Positions 1-10,368 of a stretch of 58,482 nucleotides of DNA are shown here, piece by piece. The position numbers and the translations under genes were made by a program. Position 1 is the first letter of the stretch. Each line of letters opens with the position of its first letter. Below the pieces are notes generated by a model, which worked only from the letters and a program-made list of their open reading frames with translations, searched no databases and was not told the origin of the DNA. Source of the DNA: Candidatus Collierbacteria bacterium. Lineage in GTDB: Bacteria; Patescibacteriota; Microgenomatia; UBA1400; JACPES01. The DNA is taken from the NCBI GenBank assembly GCA_016219325.1, contig JACRNH010000007.1, positions 1 to 58,482 on the forward strand, written 5' to 3'.

Positions 1-179
1 GGCGGTAATGTCGCTTAAGAAACACCGGAGTAAAAGGCGAAATTTCAGCGAAGAAATTTTAACTCGTTTTATGAATCTGGATTTGCCCTTCATACAGCTC
101 TTAACACTATATCAGTAAGCTGTTATCTGGGCAAGACCCTTATTTATATATATCAACTTATCAATTTTCCATCTATCAT

Positions 180-219
180 AAAAAACAAGGTTAAATGATT
201 CGAATCATTTAACCTTGTT
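180..219 (-). terminator. Rho-independent terminator candidate for the NTase gene
   Basis: Perfect 36-bp palindrome AACAAGGTTAAATGATTC/GAATCATTTAACCTTGTT at 184-219. It overlaps the stop codon of the 218-1003 ORF and is followed on the minus strand by a short T-run. Confidence 0.5.
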
Positions 220-1003
220 ATGATTTATGGATTATTTGATCAATTAATTCTTTTTGGTTTGGAGTTAGCGAGAGTTTTTGCACGCTGATACTACCAAAGT
301 GGTCGCGATAATAAGTTAGTAAAGAATGAAATGAGTGATTGACTAATTGTTTATTTAAAATCGGGTAGGTTGGGATTAAGGCGGCGATGATGGAATTATC
401 TGCGATTTTTTCAAAATCAAGAAACCGATCGACTGCCCTGGAGTTAGCGTAAATCTCGATTAGGAGCTGACGCATTTTATTTAAGAAGAAAGCGGCGTTG
501 ATTAGTTTCTCTCGGCGAAGAGAGATAGGGATATAAATGGCGAGTTCAAGAAATTTATTTTGCATTAATTCGAGATTTGGGTGAGCGCCGATTTTTTTCG
601 GCGAAAGTTTTCTCGTAATGTCATTTTTGGTTAAATCTCCGAAAATTATTTTCATCGAGTCCAGTATTTTCCAGTTGGTGTCTTCGATCAGATGAAAACG
701 GATACTCATCCGGTCCAGAGTCGCAAATACAATAGTAATTTCATGGGGCGCTTCATTAAAATGAAGTAGAGTCTTTTGATGATTTTTTGCGAACTCATCC
801 AAAAGTTTTTTAATCTCTTCTGACACGATTTTATCGGAGTCGTCTTTGACGATAATATCGAGATCGATGTCGGAGTCGCTATCCCAGTCGCCTCTTCCAA
901 GCGAGCCGAACAAAATAATGGAACGGACATTTCTGTCCTTGGTAAAAGTGGCAAGGGTAAAGTTGAGAAGTCGCTGGTGGTTTTTGTTTCCGGGGAGTTC
1001 CAT
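218..1003 (-). CDS. Nucleotidyltransferase-domain protein (Pol-beta superfamily NTase plus helical C-terminal domain)
   Basis: N-terminal motif ILFGSLGRGDWDSDSDIDLDIIV (GS...DxD) is typical of minimal nucleotidyltransferases. Uninterrupted 261-aa ORF. Confidence 0.7.
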   Translation of the reverse strand: MELPGNKNHQRLLNFTLATFTKDRNVRSIILFGSLGRGDWDSDSDIDLDIIVKDDSDKIVSEEIKKLLDEFAKNHQKTLLHFNEAPHEITIVFATLDRMSIRFHLIEDTNWKILDSMKIIFGDLTKNDITRKLSPKKIGAHPNLELMQNKFLELAIYIPISLRREKLINAAFFLNKMRQLLIEIYANSRAVDRFLDFEKIADNSIIAALIPTYPILNKQLVNHSFHSLLTYYRDHFGSISVQKLSLTPNQKELIDQIIHKS

Positions 1004-1028
1004 TGATTTCTTTATGGTAGCACAGCTT

Positions 1029-1859
1029 TTAATTCAGGAGTTTTTTGTTTTGCGGAGACCTAAGGAAGTTGCGGCGGGTGGAAACTTTTTGGCCTGATTT
1101 TTGTTCCAACTCTTTTCTGGCATTTCCAGCGATGGTTCCGCCCTGACGGGAGACGCGCTTATTTTCCGGAAAGCCGATGGCATTTTTGGCTTTGGCAATT
1201 CTGGTGGTTGCGGCTTCGCCAAGCATGGTAAAAATAAGTTCCATATCATCCATGTGATCGCGTAAATTTTCTCTTTTTAGGCGTTTGAATTTCTTATACT
1301 GTGATGGGGTCATCCCGAAAGTGGCTTTAGAGATTTCGGCGGTGAGAATAGCGTATTCCCTGTCGGCGCCGACGTTCCGTTTTCTCCATTCGTCGGTTAA
1401 AGTCTCCCGGATTTCAATTCCCCGCATCCGCTTTTCGATCCAGTCGTCGGAGTATCCTTTAGCTTTGTAAAGAGCCCTTGTTCTTTTGGTCGCAAGTTCA
1501 GGATCTTCAATTTCCTGGACTCTTTCGTATCCGACTCGGGCGAGCCAACGCTTAAACGGTTCAGCCTTGGGGGATGGAATTGATTGAATAATACGAAATA
1601 TTCCTTCTGTATTGGCACAATTCATTAACTGTTTCCCCCCCAAAGTTTTAACTGGAAGGATATGTACAATTTGTACCCATCCTTTAGAAAGTTCTGGATC
1701 GCGAAGCTTCATACGTTGGACATACTGTTTGGAATCATTAGAATCAATTAAGGCCAAAACCACATCTTCAACAACAAACCACCATTCGTTGAGATGAATA
1801 GTTTTCCTAATCTTCCTGCCTTTGAAAATGGCTATTTTAGTGACTTCAATCACATCCAT
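1029..1859 (-). CDS. Bro-N domain / DinD-like DNA-binding protein
   Basis: The N-terminus IAIFKGRKIRKTIHLNEWWFVVEDVVLAL fits the Bro-N pattern. Length and C-terminal region resemble DNA-damage-inducible protein D. Confidence 0.55.
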   Translation of the reverse strand: MDVIEVTKIAIFKGRKIRKTIHLNEWWFVVEDVVLALIDSNDSKQYVQRMKLRDPELSKGWVQIVHILPVKTLGGKQLMNCANTEGIFRIIQSIPSPKAEPFKRWLARVGYERVQEIEDPELATKRTRALYKAKGYSDDWIEKRMRGIEIRETLTDEWRKRNVGADREYAILTAEISKATFGMTPSQYKKFKRLKRENLRDHMDDMELIFTMLGEAATTRIAKAKNAIGFPENKRVSRQGGTIAGNARKELEQKSGQKVSTRRNFLRSPQNKKLLN

Positions 1860-1883
1860 ATTTGTATCAACCTCGGGAGAATA

Positions 1884-2453
1884 TTACAACCCCAATTCCG
1901 CCGCGATGTCTTTCATCCCCGCTAGCACAATCTCAATATGCCTCTCCAGCGGCACGCCTAAGTCTGCCGCGCCGCGCTCGATGTCTTGGCGATTCACCCC
2001 GGCGGCAAAAGATTTTTGTTTAAATTTTTTTAAGACTGACTCTACTGCCACATTTTCCAGCTTTCTGCCTTTCATTAAGGCTACGGCCACAATTAAACCG
2101 GATAATTCGTCCACCGCAAACAGCGTTTTCTCCATTAAATTTTCTCTTGATACGCCGGTATGTTCGGCATGGGATAAAATCGCCCTCCTTAAATTTCCCG
2201 GTAGGCCCTCTTTCTCTAAAATCGCCTCGCCTTTTTGCGGATGTTCATCCAATGACGGATGTATTTCCCAATCAAAATCATGCAGTAACCCGACAATTTT
2301 CCAGTCTTCCTTACTCCCTACTCCAGACTTCTTACTCTTGGAGAAATATTCCCAATATTTCTCCATCGCTGCTTCCACCGCCAGCATGTGCCTTCTTAGA
2401 TTTTCGTTTTTAACATAAGTTTTAACGATTTCCCAAGCTTTGTCTCTGGTCAT
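1884..2453 (-). CDS. HD-domain phosphohydrolase
   Basis: HD signature (GLLHDFDWE) and downstream His residues. 189-aa ORF. Confidence 0.7.
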   Translation of the reverse strand: MTRDKAWEIVKTYVKNENLRRHMLAVEAAMEKYWEYFSKSKKSGVGSKEDWKIVGLLHDFDWEIHPSLDEHPQKGEAILEKEGLPGNLRRAILSHAEHTGVSRENLMEKTLFAVDELSGLIVAVALMKGRKLENVAVESVLKKFKQKSFAAGVNRQDIERGAADLGVPLERHIEIVLAGMKDIAAELGL

Positions 2454-2469
2454 ACTAAATTGAAAATAT

Positions 2470-3915
2470 TTAAGCCTTTAATTTAAGAGTGGGGAAGGCG
2501 ATAGTTTCGCGGATGGACCAGGTGTTTGTCAAAAACATCACCAATCTATCAATCCCGATCCCAATTCCGCCCAAAGGCGGCATCCCGTATTCCAAGGCTT
2601 CCAAAAAATCTTCGTCGGTTGGTTGGGCTTCGGCGTTTCCGGCCTTAAGATTCTTTTGCTCATTTTCAAACCGCGATCTTTGATCTAAGGGATCGTTAAT
2701 CTCCGACCAGCCGTCGAAAATTTCCCGGCCGCCGATATAACCCTCAAATCTTTCCACAAACCTGTCGTCGTTCCGATGTTGTTTGGAGAGGGGACTGACT
2801 TCCTTGGGATAATCAATTACCCAAGTCGGTTCAACTAATTTATGCGACACTAAATGATCAAATAAGGTAAAAAACGCCAATCCTTTTGACCAAACTCCCT
2901 CAACCTTAAGATTATTTTTCTTTAATAAATCTTTCAGCTCCTTGTCAGAGACGGTTTCGTAATCAATGTCTAAATATTGCTTCACCAACGACACCATCGA
3001 AATTCTGGGCCATTTACCGGATAAATCCACTTCATGATCCCCGACTTTAATTTTTGCGGTTCCGGTAGTGGCCGTGACCAAATGTTTCATTAAGCCTTCG
3101 GCCACATCCATTACCCGCTGATAATCGGCGTAAGCTTCATACCATTCCATCATGGTAAATTCCGGCTGATGGGTGGTATCAATTCCTTCGTTTCTGAAAT
3201 TCCGGGCGATTTCAAAAACTTTTTCATATCCGCCGACAATCAATCTTTTCAAATAAAGTTCCGGCGCCACCCGCAAATAAAAGTCCTGGCCCAAAGCATT
3301 CATGTGAGTGTTAAACGGCCGAGCATTGGTTCCGCCGTAAAGCGGCTGAAGGATTGGGGTCTCAACTTCGGTAAATCCCAAACTCCATAAATACTTTCTG
3401 GTTTCCTTCTCAATTGTCCATCTTGAATCAAGTAATTTTTTGACCTCCGGATTTAACAGCGTGTCCAAATATCTTTTACGGAATCTTTCGTCAACATCTT
3501 TCAGTCCATGCCACATTGACGGCAAAGGCCTAATTGCCTTAGACAGTAACTTAATTTCTTTGGCTTGGACAGTAATCTCTCCGGTTCTTGTCGTCACAAT
3601 TTCGCCGGCAACCCCGACAAAATCGCCAAGATCTAAAGACTCAATCAATAAAAAACCTTCGCCCAAATCATCCGGCCGCAGAAGAGCCTGAATTTTTCCC
3701 GATTCATCAGAGACGTCGACAAAAATTATCTTCCCGTGCTCCCGCAGAGCCACAATTCTGCCGGCTATTGAGACTTTTTCACCGCTTAAATTCCGGGCTT
3801 CATCAATAACATGACTCCGCTCAAAATTCGGAGGAAAAGGATTAATCCCTTTTTCCTTAAGTTCCTGCAATTTTTTAAGGCGGATATCTTTAATCGTCGA
3901 AAGTCTGGTAGCCAT
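2470..3915 (-). CDS. lysS: Lysine--tRNA ligase, class II
   Basis: OB-fold N-terminus followed by class II core motifs (FRNEGID..., GGIGIGIDRLVM). 481 aa. Confidence 0.95.
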   Translation of the reverse strand: MATRLSTIKDIRLKKLQELKEKGINPFPPNFERSHVIDEARNLSGEKVSIAGRIVALREHGKIIFVDVSDESGKIQALLRPDDLGEGFLLIESLDLGDFVGVAGEIVTTRTGEITVQAKEIKLLSKAIRPLPSMWHGLKDVDERFRKRYLDTLLNPEVKKLLDSRWTIEKETRKYLWSLGFTEVETPILQPLYGGTNARPFNTHMNALGQDFYLRVAPELYLKRLIVGGYEKVFEIARNFRNEGIDTTHQPEFTMMEWYEAYADYQRVMDVAEGLMKHLVTATTGTAKIKVGDHEVDLSGKWPRISMVSLVKQYLDIDYETVSDKELKDLLKKNNLKVEGVWSKGLAFFTLFDHLVSHKLVEPTWVIDYPKEVSPLSKQHRNDDRFVERFEGYIGGREIFDGWSEINDPLDQRSRFENEQKNLKAGNAEAQPTDEDFLEALEYGMPPLGGIGIGIDRLVMFLTNTWSIRETIAFPTLKLKA

Positions 3916-3959
3916 TAAAGAAGATTATAACCGATATGATCTGACGATATCAGAAGGTG

Positions 3960-4424
3960 TTAGTGGATTTTTTTGACTGTATAGAGGATTTTCCCCGCCG
4001 GTGCCTCAACTTCAACTTTGTCGCCGACTTTTTTACCAAGCAAGGCTTTTCCCAAAGGGGAATCGTGGCTAATCTTCTTTTCCATTGGGTTGGCTTCCCA
4101 CTCTCCGACAATGTGAAAAATGTGGCTGGAGCCATTAACGGCTACAGTAACCTTGCAGCCAATTCCGACAGAATTCTTAGAAGTTGTAGTTTTAACTACC
4201 TTCGATCTGGACAAAATGTCCTCCAACTCCTCAATCCGGCCGTCTATAAAATTTAATTCTTCCCGGGCATCATGATACTCGGCATTCTCCGATAAGTCGC
4301 CGAATTCTCTGGCGGTTTGTAGTCTTTTAACTGATTGCGGGCGCTTCACTGTCCGCAATTCGTCCAGTTCTTTTTCCAGCTCCTTCCGGCCGTCTATGGT
4401 TAATTGAACAATATGATTTGTCAT
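3960..4424 (-). CDS. greA: Transcription elongation factor GreA
   Basis: Coiled-coil N-terminus (LTIDGRKELEKELDEL...REFGDLSENAEYHDAREE) and a GreA C-terminal domain. Start trimmed to the ATG at 4424 (MTNHIVQL) instead of the ORF-track start at 4499. Confidence 0.9.
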   Translation of the reverse strand: MTNHIVQLTIDGRKELEKELDELRTVKRPQSVKRLQTAREFGDLSENAEYHDAREELNFIDGRIEELEDILSRSKVVKTTTSKNSVGIGCKVTVAVNGSSHIFHIVGEWEANPMEKKISHDSPLGKALLGKKVGDKVEVEAPAGKILYTVKKIH

Positions 4425-4608
4425 AAAGCTATTTTCCTTGTAATCGTCATATTTTACTAGAAGTTTTATATCCTTCAATACACATCGGCAACGCATCAAT
4501 ACACAGAATAGGCTAATGCGCGCAAAAACGAGGTGTTAAAGAAGCTTGCTGCTTCCAAAGGGGTATTTTATCATATGGCTGTCCCGTATGCTAAAATACA
4601 GTTTGCTT

Positions 4609-5061
4609 ATGCCAACAATTAATCAGCTCATCAGAAAACCAAGACGCCAGAAGATCAGGCAAATCAAAGCTACTGCTTTGCATAAAAACTTTAATGCCAA
4701 GACCAGAGAAATCAGCAATACCCCAAATCCGCAGAAACGGGGAGTTTGCGTGATTGTAAAAACCATGACTCCTAAAAAACCAAACTCTGCTTTACGGAAA
4801 GTCGCCAGAGTCAGGCTATCCAACCGCCAGGAAGTTACCGCTTACATCATGGGAGAAGGCCATAGTTTAGCCGAGCACTCTATCGTATTAATCAGGGGAG
4901 GCCGGGTTAAAGACCTTCCGGGGGTTAAATATCATATCGTCAGAGGCAAATTTGATGCTGCCGGAGTTGCCAACCGCAAAACCAGCCGCAGCAAATATGG
5001 GGTTCGTTTGGGCGGAGCCGCAGCTGTTGCCGGAGCGCCGGCTGTAGCCGCCAAAGTTTAA
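4609..5061 (+). CDS. rpsL: 30S ribosomal protein S12
   Basis: [13 protein letters not shown]...[16 protein letters not shown] are classic S12 motifs. Start trimmed to the ATG at 4609. Ala/Gly-rich C-terminal extension ([16 protein letters not shown]). Confidence 0.95.
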   Translation: MPTINQLIRKPRRQKIRQIKATALHKNFNAKTREISNTPNPQKRGVCVIVKTMTPKKPNSALRKVARVRLSNRQEVTAYIMGEGHSLAEHSIVLIRGGRVKDLPGVKYHIVRGKFDAAGVANRKTSRSKYGVRLGGAAAVAGAPAVAAKV

Positions 5062-5077
5062 AATAGGATCTTTATAT

Positions 5078-5560
5078 ATGGCCAGAAATAATAAAAAAAT
5101 AAAAATCAGGATTCCGGAACCGGACCAGGTTTATGGAAATCGCCAATTAACGAAGCTTATAAATCAGGTTATGAAAGACGGCAAGAAAACTATTGCCCAA
5201 ACTCAAGTTTACCGCGGACTTGAAATCGCCGCTAAATCGGCGAAAAAGACTCCTGTCCAGGTGTTTGAAGAAGCCGTAGCCCAGATTACTCCTAAAATGG
5301 AAGTTAGGAGCCGACGCATCGGTGGAGCAGCCTATCAGGTCCCGACCCCCGTCAGAGGCCCGCGTGGATTTTCATTGGCTCTCCGTTGGCTGGTTGACGA
5401 GGCCAGAAAACGACCGAATAAAGAATATAAAACTTTCGGAGAAAAATTGGCAGCCGAAATGACAGCGGCAATCGGCGGAACCGGCGGAGCAGTTGAAAAG
5501 AAAATTACCATGCACCGTCAAGCTGAAGCCAATAAAGCTTTTGCACATTTTAGATGGTAG
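5078..5560 (+). CDS. rpsG: 30S ribosomal protein S7
   Basis: S7 motifs (VMKDGKK...EVRSRRIGGAAYQVP...AFAHFRW) and str-operon position. Confidence 0.95.
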   Translation: MARNNKKIKIRIPEPDQVYGNRQLTKLINQVMKDGKKTIAQTQVYRGLEIAAKSAKKTPVQVFEEAVAQITPKMEVRSRRIGGAAYQVPTPVRGPRGFSLALRWLVDEARKRPNKEYKTFGEKLAAEMTAAIGGTGGAVEKKITMHRQAEANKAFAHFRW

Positions 5561-5642
5561 CATCAACACTTTATAGTCTCCTGACAATTTTCCTTTTAAC
5601 CTTTTAACCAATAACAAACAGCCAATAACCAACAACTAATTT

Positions 5643-7784
5643 ATGGCCCAACAAACTTCCACCAACCGCACTCTTCCCATGAATCAAATCCGAAACATCG
5701 GAATTATCGCCCATATTGACGCCGGCAAAACCACCACCACCGAAAGAATTCTTTTTTATACCGGCAAAAGTTATAAGATCGGCGACATTGACGAAGGCAC
5801 CACTCAAATGGACTGGATGGAACAGGAAAAAGAACGCGGGATTACCATCGTTTCTGCCGCCACCACCACCTTCTGGACTCCGACTATGGAGGCTTTCTCG
5901 CCTCTGATCCCACACCGGATAAATATTATTGATACTCCCGGACATGTTGACTTTACTGCCGAAGTTGAAAGAAGTTTAAGAGTTTTAGACGGCGGAGTCA
6001 CGGTCTTGGACGCCGAAGAAGGAGTTCAGTCGCAATCAGAAACCGTTTGGCATCAGGCTGATAAATATAATGTCCCCCGGATTTGTTTTATAAATAAGAT
6101 GGACAAGCTCGGAGCCAATTTCTTGGCAACTGTGACTGATATCCGCGACAGGCTCGGAGCCAATCCGGCGATTATGGCCTTGCCAATCGGAGCGGAACAA
6201 AATTTTAAAGGAGTCGTTTTATTGTTGGAAAGAAGAGCTCTGATCTGGGCAGGCGATGAAACCGGAGCCATGTATGCTGAACAACCGATTCCTGAAGAAA
6301 TGAAGGGGGAAGTTGAAGAATACCGCCAAAAATTAATTGAACAGATTTCCGAAACGAATGACGCCTTATTGGCCCAATATCTGGAAGGAAAAGAGCCGAC
6401 TCTGCCGGAATTACATCAGGCCTTGCGGGCAGCGACTATTGCCTATAAGCTAGTCCCGATTTACTGCGGCTCCAGCTTAAGAAACAAAGGCGTCCAACCT
6501 CTTTTAGACGCAGTCGTCAATTATTTGCCGTCGCCTATGGACATTCCGCCTGCCAAAGGCATAATTCCGCAAACCGGTCAGACCGAAGAAAGAGCTCCCG
6601 ATCCGGACGGGCCATTTGCCGGATTGGCTTTTAAAATTCAAACAGATCCTCACGTCGGCCGTTTAACCTACGTTAGAATTTATTCCGGAAAATTAAAAGC
6701 CGGATCATATCTCCTAAATGTGACTCAACGGGAAAAAGAGCGGGTCGGTCGCGTTTTATTAATGCACGCCAATGACCGAGAACAAATTGATGAAGCGATA
6801 GCCGGAGAAATTGTAGCCATCGTCGGACTTTCCAAAACCAAAACCGGAGACACTCTAACCGACGACAACCATCAAATCATTTTAGAGGGAATTGAATTTA
6901 CCGAACCGGTTATTTCTTTGGCAATTGAACCAAAAACAAAAGCCGATCAGGAAAAAATGGGAACAGCCTTACAACGATTAGCGGAAGAGGATCCGACTTT
7001 CAAAATAAAATCCAATCCCGAAACCGGCCAAACCATTATTGCCGGAATGGGAGAGCTGCACTTGGAAGTTTTGGTTGACAGAATGAAGCGTGAATTTAAA
7101 GTCGAAGCCACCACGGGCAAGCCTCAAGTGGCCTATAAAGAAACTATCGGAAAAATTGCCGAAGGAGAAGGCAAATATATCCGCCAAACCGGAGGCCGCG
7201 GGCAATACGGCCACTGTTTGTTGCGGATAGAGCCGAAGGGCAGGGGCGAAGGCAATGAATTTGTAAATGAAGTTAAAGGCGGAGCCATCCCGCGGGAATT
7301 TATTCCGGCAATTGAAAAAGGCGTTAAAGAAGCAATGGAAAACGGAATTTTCGCCGGCTTTCCAATGGTTGATGTTCAGATCGCCGTCTATGACGGGACA
7401 TTCCATGAGGTTGATTCCTCCGAAATGGCTTTCAAGATAGCCGGATCTATGGCTCTGCAAGACGCGGTTAAAAGAGCTTCTCCGGTTTTACTGGAACCGA
7501 TTATGAAGATCGAGGTTACCACTCCGGAAGAATTTATGGGGGACGTTATCGGAGATTTGTCCAGCAAGAGGGCCCAAATCCTGGGAACTAAAAACCGCGG
7601 CAAGGCAGTCGTCATCAACTCATTAGTCCCTTTGGCTGAAATGAGCGGCTACGTCACTACCTTACGCGGAATGACAAAGGGCCGGGCCAGCTATTATATG
7701 GAACCATCGCACTATCAGGAGGTCCCAAATAATATCGCTTTAAAGATAATTGAAGTTTCAAAACCAAATTCCCTATTGCACTAA
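5643..7784 (+). CDS. fusA: Elongation factor G
   Basis: GTPase G1-G4 ([21 protein letters not shown]) and EF-G domains IV/V. 713 aa. Confidence 0.97.
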   Translation: MAQQTSTNRTLPMNQIRNIGIIAHIDAGKTTTTERILFYTGKSYKIGDIDEGTTQMDWMEQEKERGITIVSAATTTFWTPTMEAFSPLIPHRINIIDTPGHVDFTAEVERSLRVLDGGVTVLDAEEGVQSQSETVWHQADKYNVPRICFINKMDKLGANFLATVTDIRDRLGANPAIMALPIGAEQNFKGVVLLLERRALIWAGDETGAMYAEQPIPEEMKGEVEEYRQKLIEQISETNDALLAQYLEGKEPTLPELHQALRAATIAYKLVPIYCGSSLRNKGVQPLLDAVVNYLPSPMDIPPAKGIIPQTGQTEERAPDPDGPFAGLAFKIQTDPHVGRLTYVRIYSGKLKAGSYLLNVTQREKERVGRVLLMHANDREQIDEAIAGEIVAIVGLSKTKTGDTLTDDNHQIILEGIEFTEPVISLAIEPKTKADQEKMGTALQRLAEEDPTFKIKSNPETGQTIIAGMGELHLEVLVDRMKREFKVEATTGKPQVAYKETIGKIAEGEGKYIRQTGGRGQYGHCLLRIEPKGRGEGNEFVNEVKGGAIPREFIPAIEKGVKEAMENGIFAGFPMVDVQIAVYDGTFHEVDSSEMAFKIAGSMALQDAVKRASPVLLEPIMKIEVTTPEEFMGDVIGDLSSKRAQILGTKNRGKAVVINSLVPLAEMSGYVTTLRGMTKGRASYYMEPSHYQEVPNNIALKIIEVSKPNSLLH

Positions 7785-7816
7785 AAATAGATTTCATTTA
7801 AAATAACAAATTACTT

Positions 7817-9010
7817 ATGGCAGAAGGCGTTTATAAAAGAAACAAAGTTCATGTCAACGTCGGTACTATCGGGCACGTTGACCACGGCAAGACCACTTTA
7901 TCGGCGGCGATTACTTCCGTCTTGTCCAAACAGCCGGGAAATAAAACTAAATCCATGGCGTTTGCGGATATTGACAACGCTCCGGAAGAAAGGGAACGCG
8001 GAGTTACTATCAATATTAGCCATTTGGAATACGAAACCGAAAAAAGGCACTACGCCCACATCGATGCCCCGGGCCATGCCGATTATATTAAGAACATGAT
8101 TACCGGCGCCGCCCAGATGGACGGAGCTATTTTAGTCGTAGCCGCGACTGACGGCCCGATGCCTCAAACCAGAGAGCATATTTTATTAGCAAAACAAGTA
8201 AACGTTCCAAAAATTATTGTTGCCCTTAATAAATGCGATGCGGTTGACGATCCGGAGCTTCTAGATTTGGTAGAAATGGAAATCCGCGATCTATTAACTA
8301 AATATGAATACCCGGGTCAGGAAGTCCCGATTATCCGGGTTTCCGCCCTTAAAGCCCTAGAAGGCGATGCCGAAGCCGAAAAACAAATCATGGCCTTAAT
8401 GAACAAGGTTGACGAATATATTCCGGTTCCGGACAGGCCGACGGATAAGCCGTTCCTGATGCCGGTAGAAGATGTCTTTTCTATTAAAGGCAGAGGAACT
8501 GTAGCCACCGGTAGAATTGAGCGCGGAATTGTTAAAGTCGGCGAAGAAATTGAAATTTTGGGGCTTGAAGCGGCGCCTAAGAAATCAGTCGTCACCGGGG
8601 TTGAAATGTTTAGGAAAACTCTGGACGAAGGCCAAGCCGGAGATAACGTCGGAATTTTACTTCGGGGCGTTGAAAAAGACGATATCCAGAGAGGCCAGGT
8701 ATTGGCAAAGCCCGGATCAGTCACTTCCCATACTGAGTTTGACGCCGAAATTTATATCCTCACCAAAGAAGAGGGCGGACGGCACACTCCTTTCTTTACC
8801 GGATATAAACCTCAATTTTATATCCGCACTACTGACGTTACCGGAGAAGTTAAATTGGCCGAGGGGGTAGAAATGATCATGCCGGGAGACAGCGCCAAAA
8901 TCTCTGTTAAATTAATCGCCCCTGTTGCTATGGAAGAAGGATTGAGATTTGCTATAAGAGAAGGCGGCCACACTGTTGGGGCCGGAGTTATTACTAAAGT
9001 TAACAAATAA
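7817..9010 (+). CDS. tuf: Elongation factor Tu
   Basis: [22 protein letters not shown] motifs. 397 aa. Confidence 0.97.
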   Translation: MAEGVYKRNKVHVNVGTIGHVDHGKTTLSAAITSVLSKQPGNKTKSMAFADIDNAPEERERGVTINISHLEYETEKRHYAHIDAPGHADYIKNMITGAAQMDGAILVVAATDGPMPQTREHILLAKQVNVPKIIVALNKCDAVDDPELLDLVEMEIRDLLTKYEYPGQEVPIIRVSALKALEGDAEAEKQIMALMNKVDEYIPVPDRPTDKPFLMPVEDVFSIKGRGTVATGRIERGIVKVGEEIEILGLEAAPKKSVVTGVEMFRKTLDEGQAGDNVGILLRGVEKDDIQRGQVLAKPGSVTSHTEFDAEIYILTKEEGGRHTPFFTGYKPQFYIRTTDVTGEVKLAEGVEMIMPGDSAKISVKLIAPVAMEEGLRFAIREGGHTVGAGVITKVNK

Positions 9011-9040
9011 TCGGTTTTAGCCCTATCGTGTGTTATAATT

Positions 9041-9065
9041 AGCCTCGTTACAGAGGCTTTTTTAT
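9041..9065 (+). terminator. Rho-independent terminator or attenuator after tuf
   Basis: Stem AGCCTC / GAGGCT with loop GTTACA, followed by TTTTTTATTT. Confidence 0.6.
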
Positions 9066-9089
9066 TTATTAAAGCTCTTTTAAAAAAAC

Positions 9090-9398
9090 ATGGCAGCAGG
9101 ATCAATTAAAATCAAGCTTAAATCATTTGACTACCGCGTCATCGACGAGGCGGTTCAGAAGATTGTTGATACAGCCATGGCCAGCGGGGCCCAAATAATC
9201 GGCCCCATTCCTTTACCGACTCACCGCCGCTTAATCACAGTTACCACCAGTCCGCATGTAGACAAAAATGCCCGCGAACATTTTGAAATTTTAACCCATA
9301 AAAGGGTAATTATTCTCGACAAACCGACTTCTAAAACCATTGATTCCCTGTCCCACCTCGACCTCCCGGCCGGAGTGGGGATTGAAATAAAAATGTAA
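9090..9398 (+). CDS. rpsJ: 30S ribosomal protein S10
   Basis: IKIKLKSFDYRVIDEA...PLPT...TVTTSPHVDKNAREHFE is the S10 signature. 102 aa. Confidence 0.95.
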   Translation: MAAGSIKIKLKSFDYRVIDEAVQKIVDTAMASGAQIIGPIPLPTHRRLITVTTSPHVDKNAREHFEILTHKRVIILDKPTSKTIDSLSHLDLPAGVGIEIKM

Positions 9399-9400
9399 CT

Positions 9401-9679
9401 ATGGCACAACCAGATTCGTCGCCACGACCATTAACTCTAGAAGAAATCGCGATTGCTCTAAATGAACTACCGGATGAAGTAATCGAAGTTGCTAAAATCT
9501 CATCTTTGTTTAACGATGTAACCATGCTTGGGAAGCGCATGGAAAATGATCCACAACTCTGTTTGCTTGGAAATTCTCTGATGGTGGCGTTCGGAACTCC
9601 CGAAAAAGCCGCTTATGCGATGGCCAACGCAAAAAATACAGTGTTTGAAAATGGAAAACTTGTCATCCGCTCAACCTGA
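9401..9679 (+). CDS. Hypothetical protein occupying the position where rplC is expected
   Basis: 92-aa ORF starting 2 nt after the rpsJ stop. No recognisable motif. Confidence 0.4.
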   Translation: MAQPDSSPRPLTLEEIAIALNELPDEVIEVAKISSLFNDVTMLGKRMENDPQLCLLGNSLMVAFGTPEKAAYAMANAKNTVFENGKLVIRST

Positions 9680-9820
9680 TAAATTATATCCTTCGACGAT
9701 CATATTGCTTCTCTCCAGCCACAAATTCACAATCTCTTGCGTCATTCGTCGGCCGACTCCTGACAAAACAATTTCTAAAAAAATAAACGCCCATGTTTAA
9801 TTTTAATTTCATCGACAAGA

Positions 9821-9844
9821 CTTCAATTATTTAAATAATTGAAG
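9821..9844. repeat. Perfect 24-bp palindrome CTTCAATTATTT/AAATAATTGAAG
   Basis: Read directly from the sequence. Intergenic. Confidence 0.9.
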
Positions 9845-9865
9845 TTATTCGCCGGTTTCGTGGAT

Positions 9866-9899
9866 ATTTATATCGATATTTTAAAATATCGATATAAAT
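9866..9899. repeat. Perfect 34-bp palindrome ATTTATATCGATATTTT/AAAATATCGATATAAAT
   Basis: Read directly from the sequence. Intergenic, 21 nt after the 24-bp palindrome. Confidence 0.9.
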
Positions 9900-9969
9900 C
9901 GCCTGATACAATAATAAAGATTCGAAATATTTAACCTCTTTTAATTGACCGTATGCTAAAATCCAAAAA

Positions 9970-10308
9970 GTGAAAACTCCAAAATATCGCGATTACCAGA
10001 AACAGTCTAGGAAAACCTGGAATTATGTCAAAACCGAACACCCGATCACATATCCCACTCTTGGCCTTATTAATGAAGCCGGCGAATTTGCCGGAAAAAT
10101 CAAGAAAATTTTTCGAGACAAGGGGGGAAAGATTTCCAAACAAGACCGGGCGGCGTTAAAAGACGAATTGGGCGACGTGTTGTGGTATTTCACTCAACTC
10201 TGCACCGAGCTCAAGTTTTCTATTGAAGAAATCGCCGAGGCCAACCTTGACAAATTATTTTCCCGGCTGAAACGTGGCAAAATCCGCGGCAGCGGCGACA
10301 CGCGATAG
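9970..10308 (+). CDS. MazG-like nucleotide pyrophosphohydrolase (small single-domain type)
   Basis: EAGEFAGKIKK...ELGDVLWYFTQL...EIAEANLDKL matches the MazG/all-alpha NTP-PPase EExxE/D helices. GTG start. Confidence 0.7.
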   Translation: MKTPKYRDYQKQSRKTWNYVKTEHPITYPTLGLINEAGEFAGKIKKIFRDKGGKISKQDRAALKDELGDVLWYFTQLCTELKFSIEEIAEANLDKLFSRLKRGKIRGSGDTR

Positions 10309-10334
10309 GCTATAGTATTATCTTGATACAATAT

Positions 10335-10360
10335 ATTTCAATTAATTGATTAATTGAAAT
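10335..10360 (+). terminator. AT-rich hairpin after the mazG-like gene
   Basis: ATTTCAATTAA-TTGA-TTAATTGAAAT: 11-bp stem, 4-nt loop. No clear T-run. Confidence 0.3.
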
Positions 10361-10368
10361 AATCTTGT

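Noticed and set aside
1-217. A possible partial gene or IS end at the left edge
   Set aside because: Only a 36-codon ATG ORF (8-118) with no recognisable motif is present, which is too little sequence to support a call.
1029-1859. A prophage remnant inferred from the Bro-N/DinD-like gene
   Set aside because: It is a single gene flanked by an NTase and an HD hydrolase. No integrase, capsid, terminase or att-like repeats are in the vicinity.
3960-4499. N-terminal extensions proposed by the ORF track for greA, rpsL (4546), dnaA (39942 TTG), tsaC-tsaE (29716), jag (35522), the 234-aa gene (47366), brnT (48665), brnA (48924) and the wHTH-PRTase (53458)
   Set aside because: The conserved protein N-termini begin at internal ATGs. 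The extensions overlap neighbouring genes or promoters and encode hydrophobic or low-complexity junk, so the starts were trimmed.
6978-7460. Long antisense or overlapping ORFs in the six-frame track, for example 6978-7460, 8317-8724, 10761-11189, 41636-42151, 42164-42592, 51081-51613 and 20128-20430
   Set aside because: They lie entirely inside strongly supported genes on the opposite strand or in another frame (fusA, tuf, pgk, dnaN, the 999-aa gene, the SBP gene). They have low-complexity, motif-free translations and are shadow ORFs.
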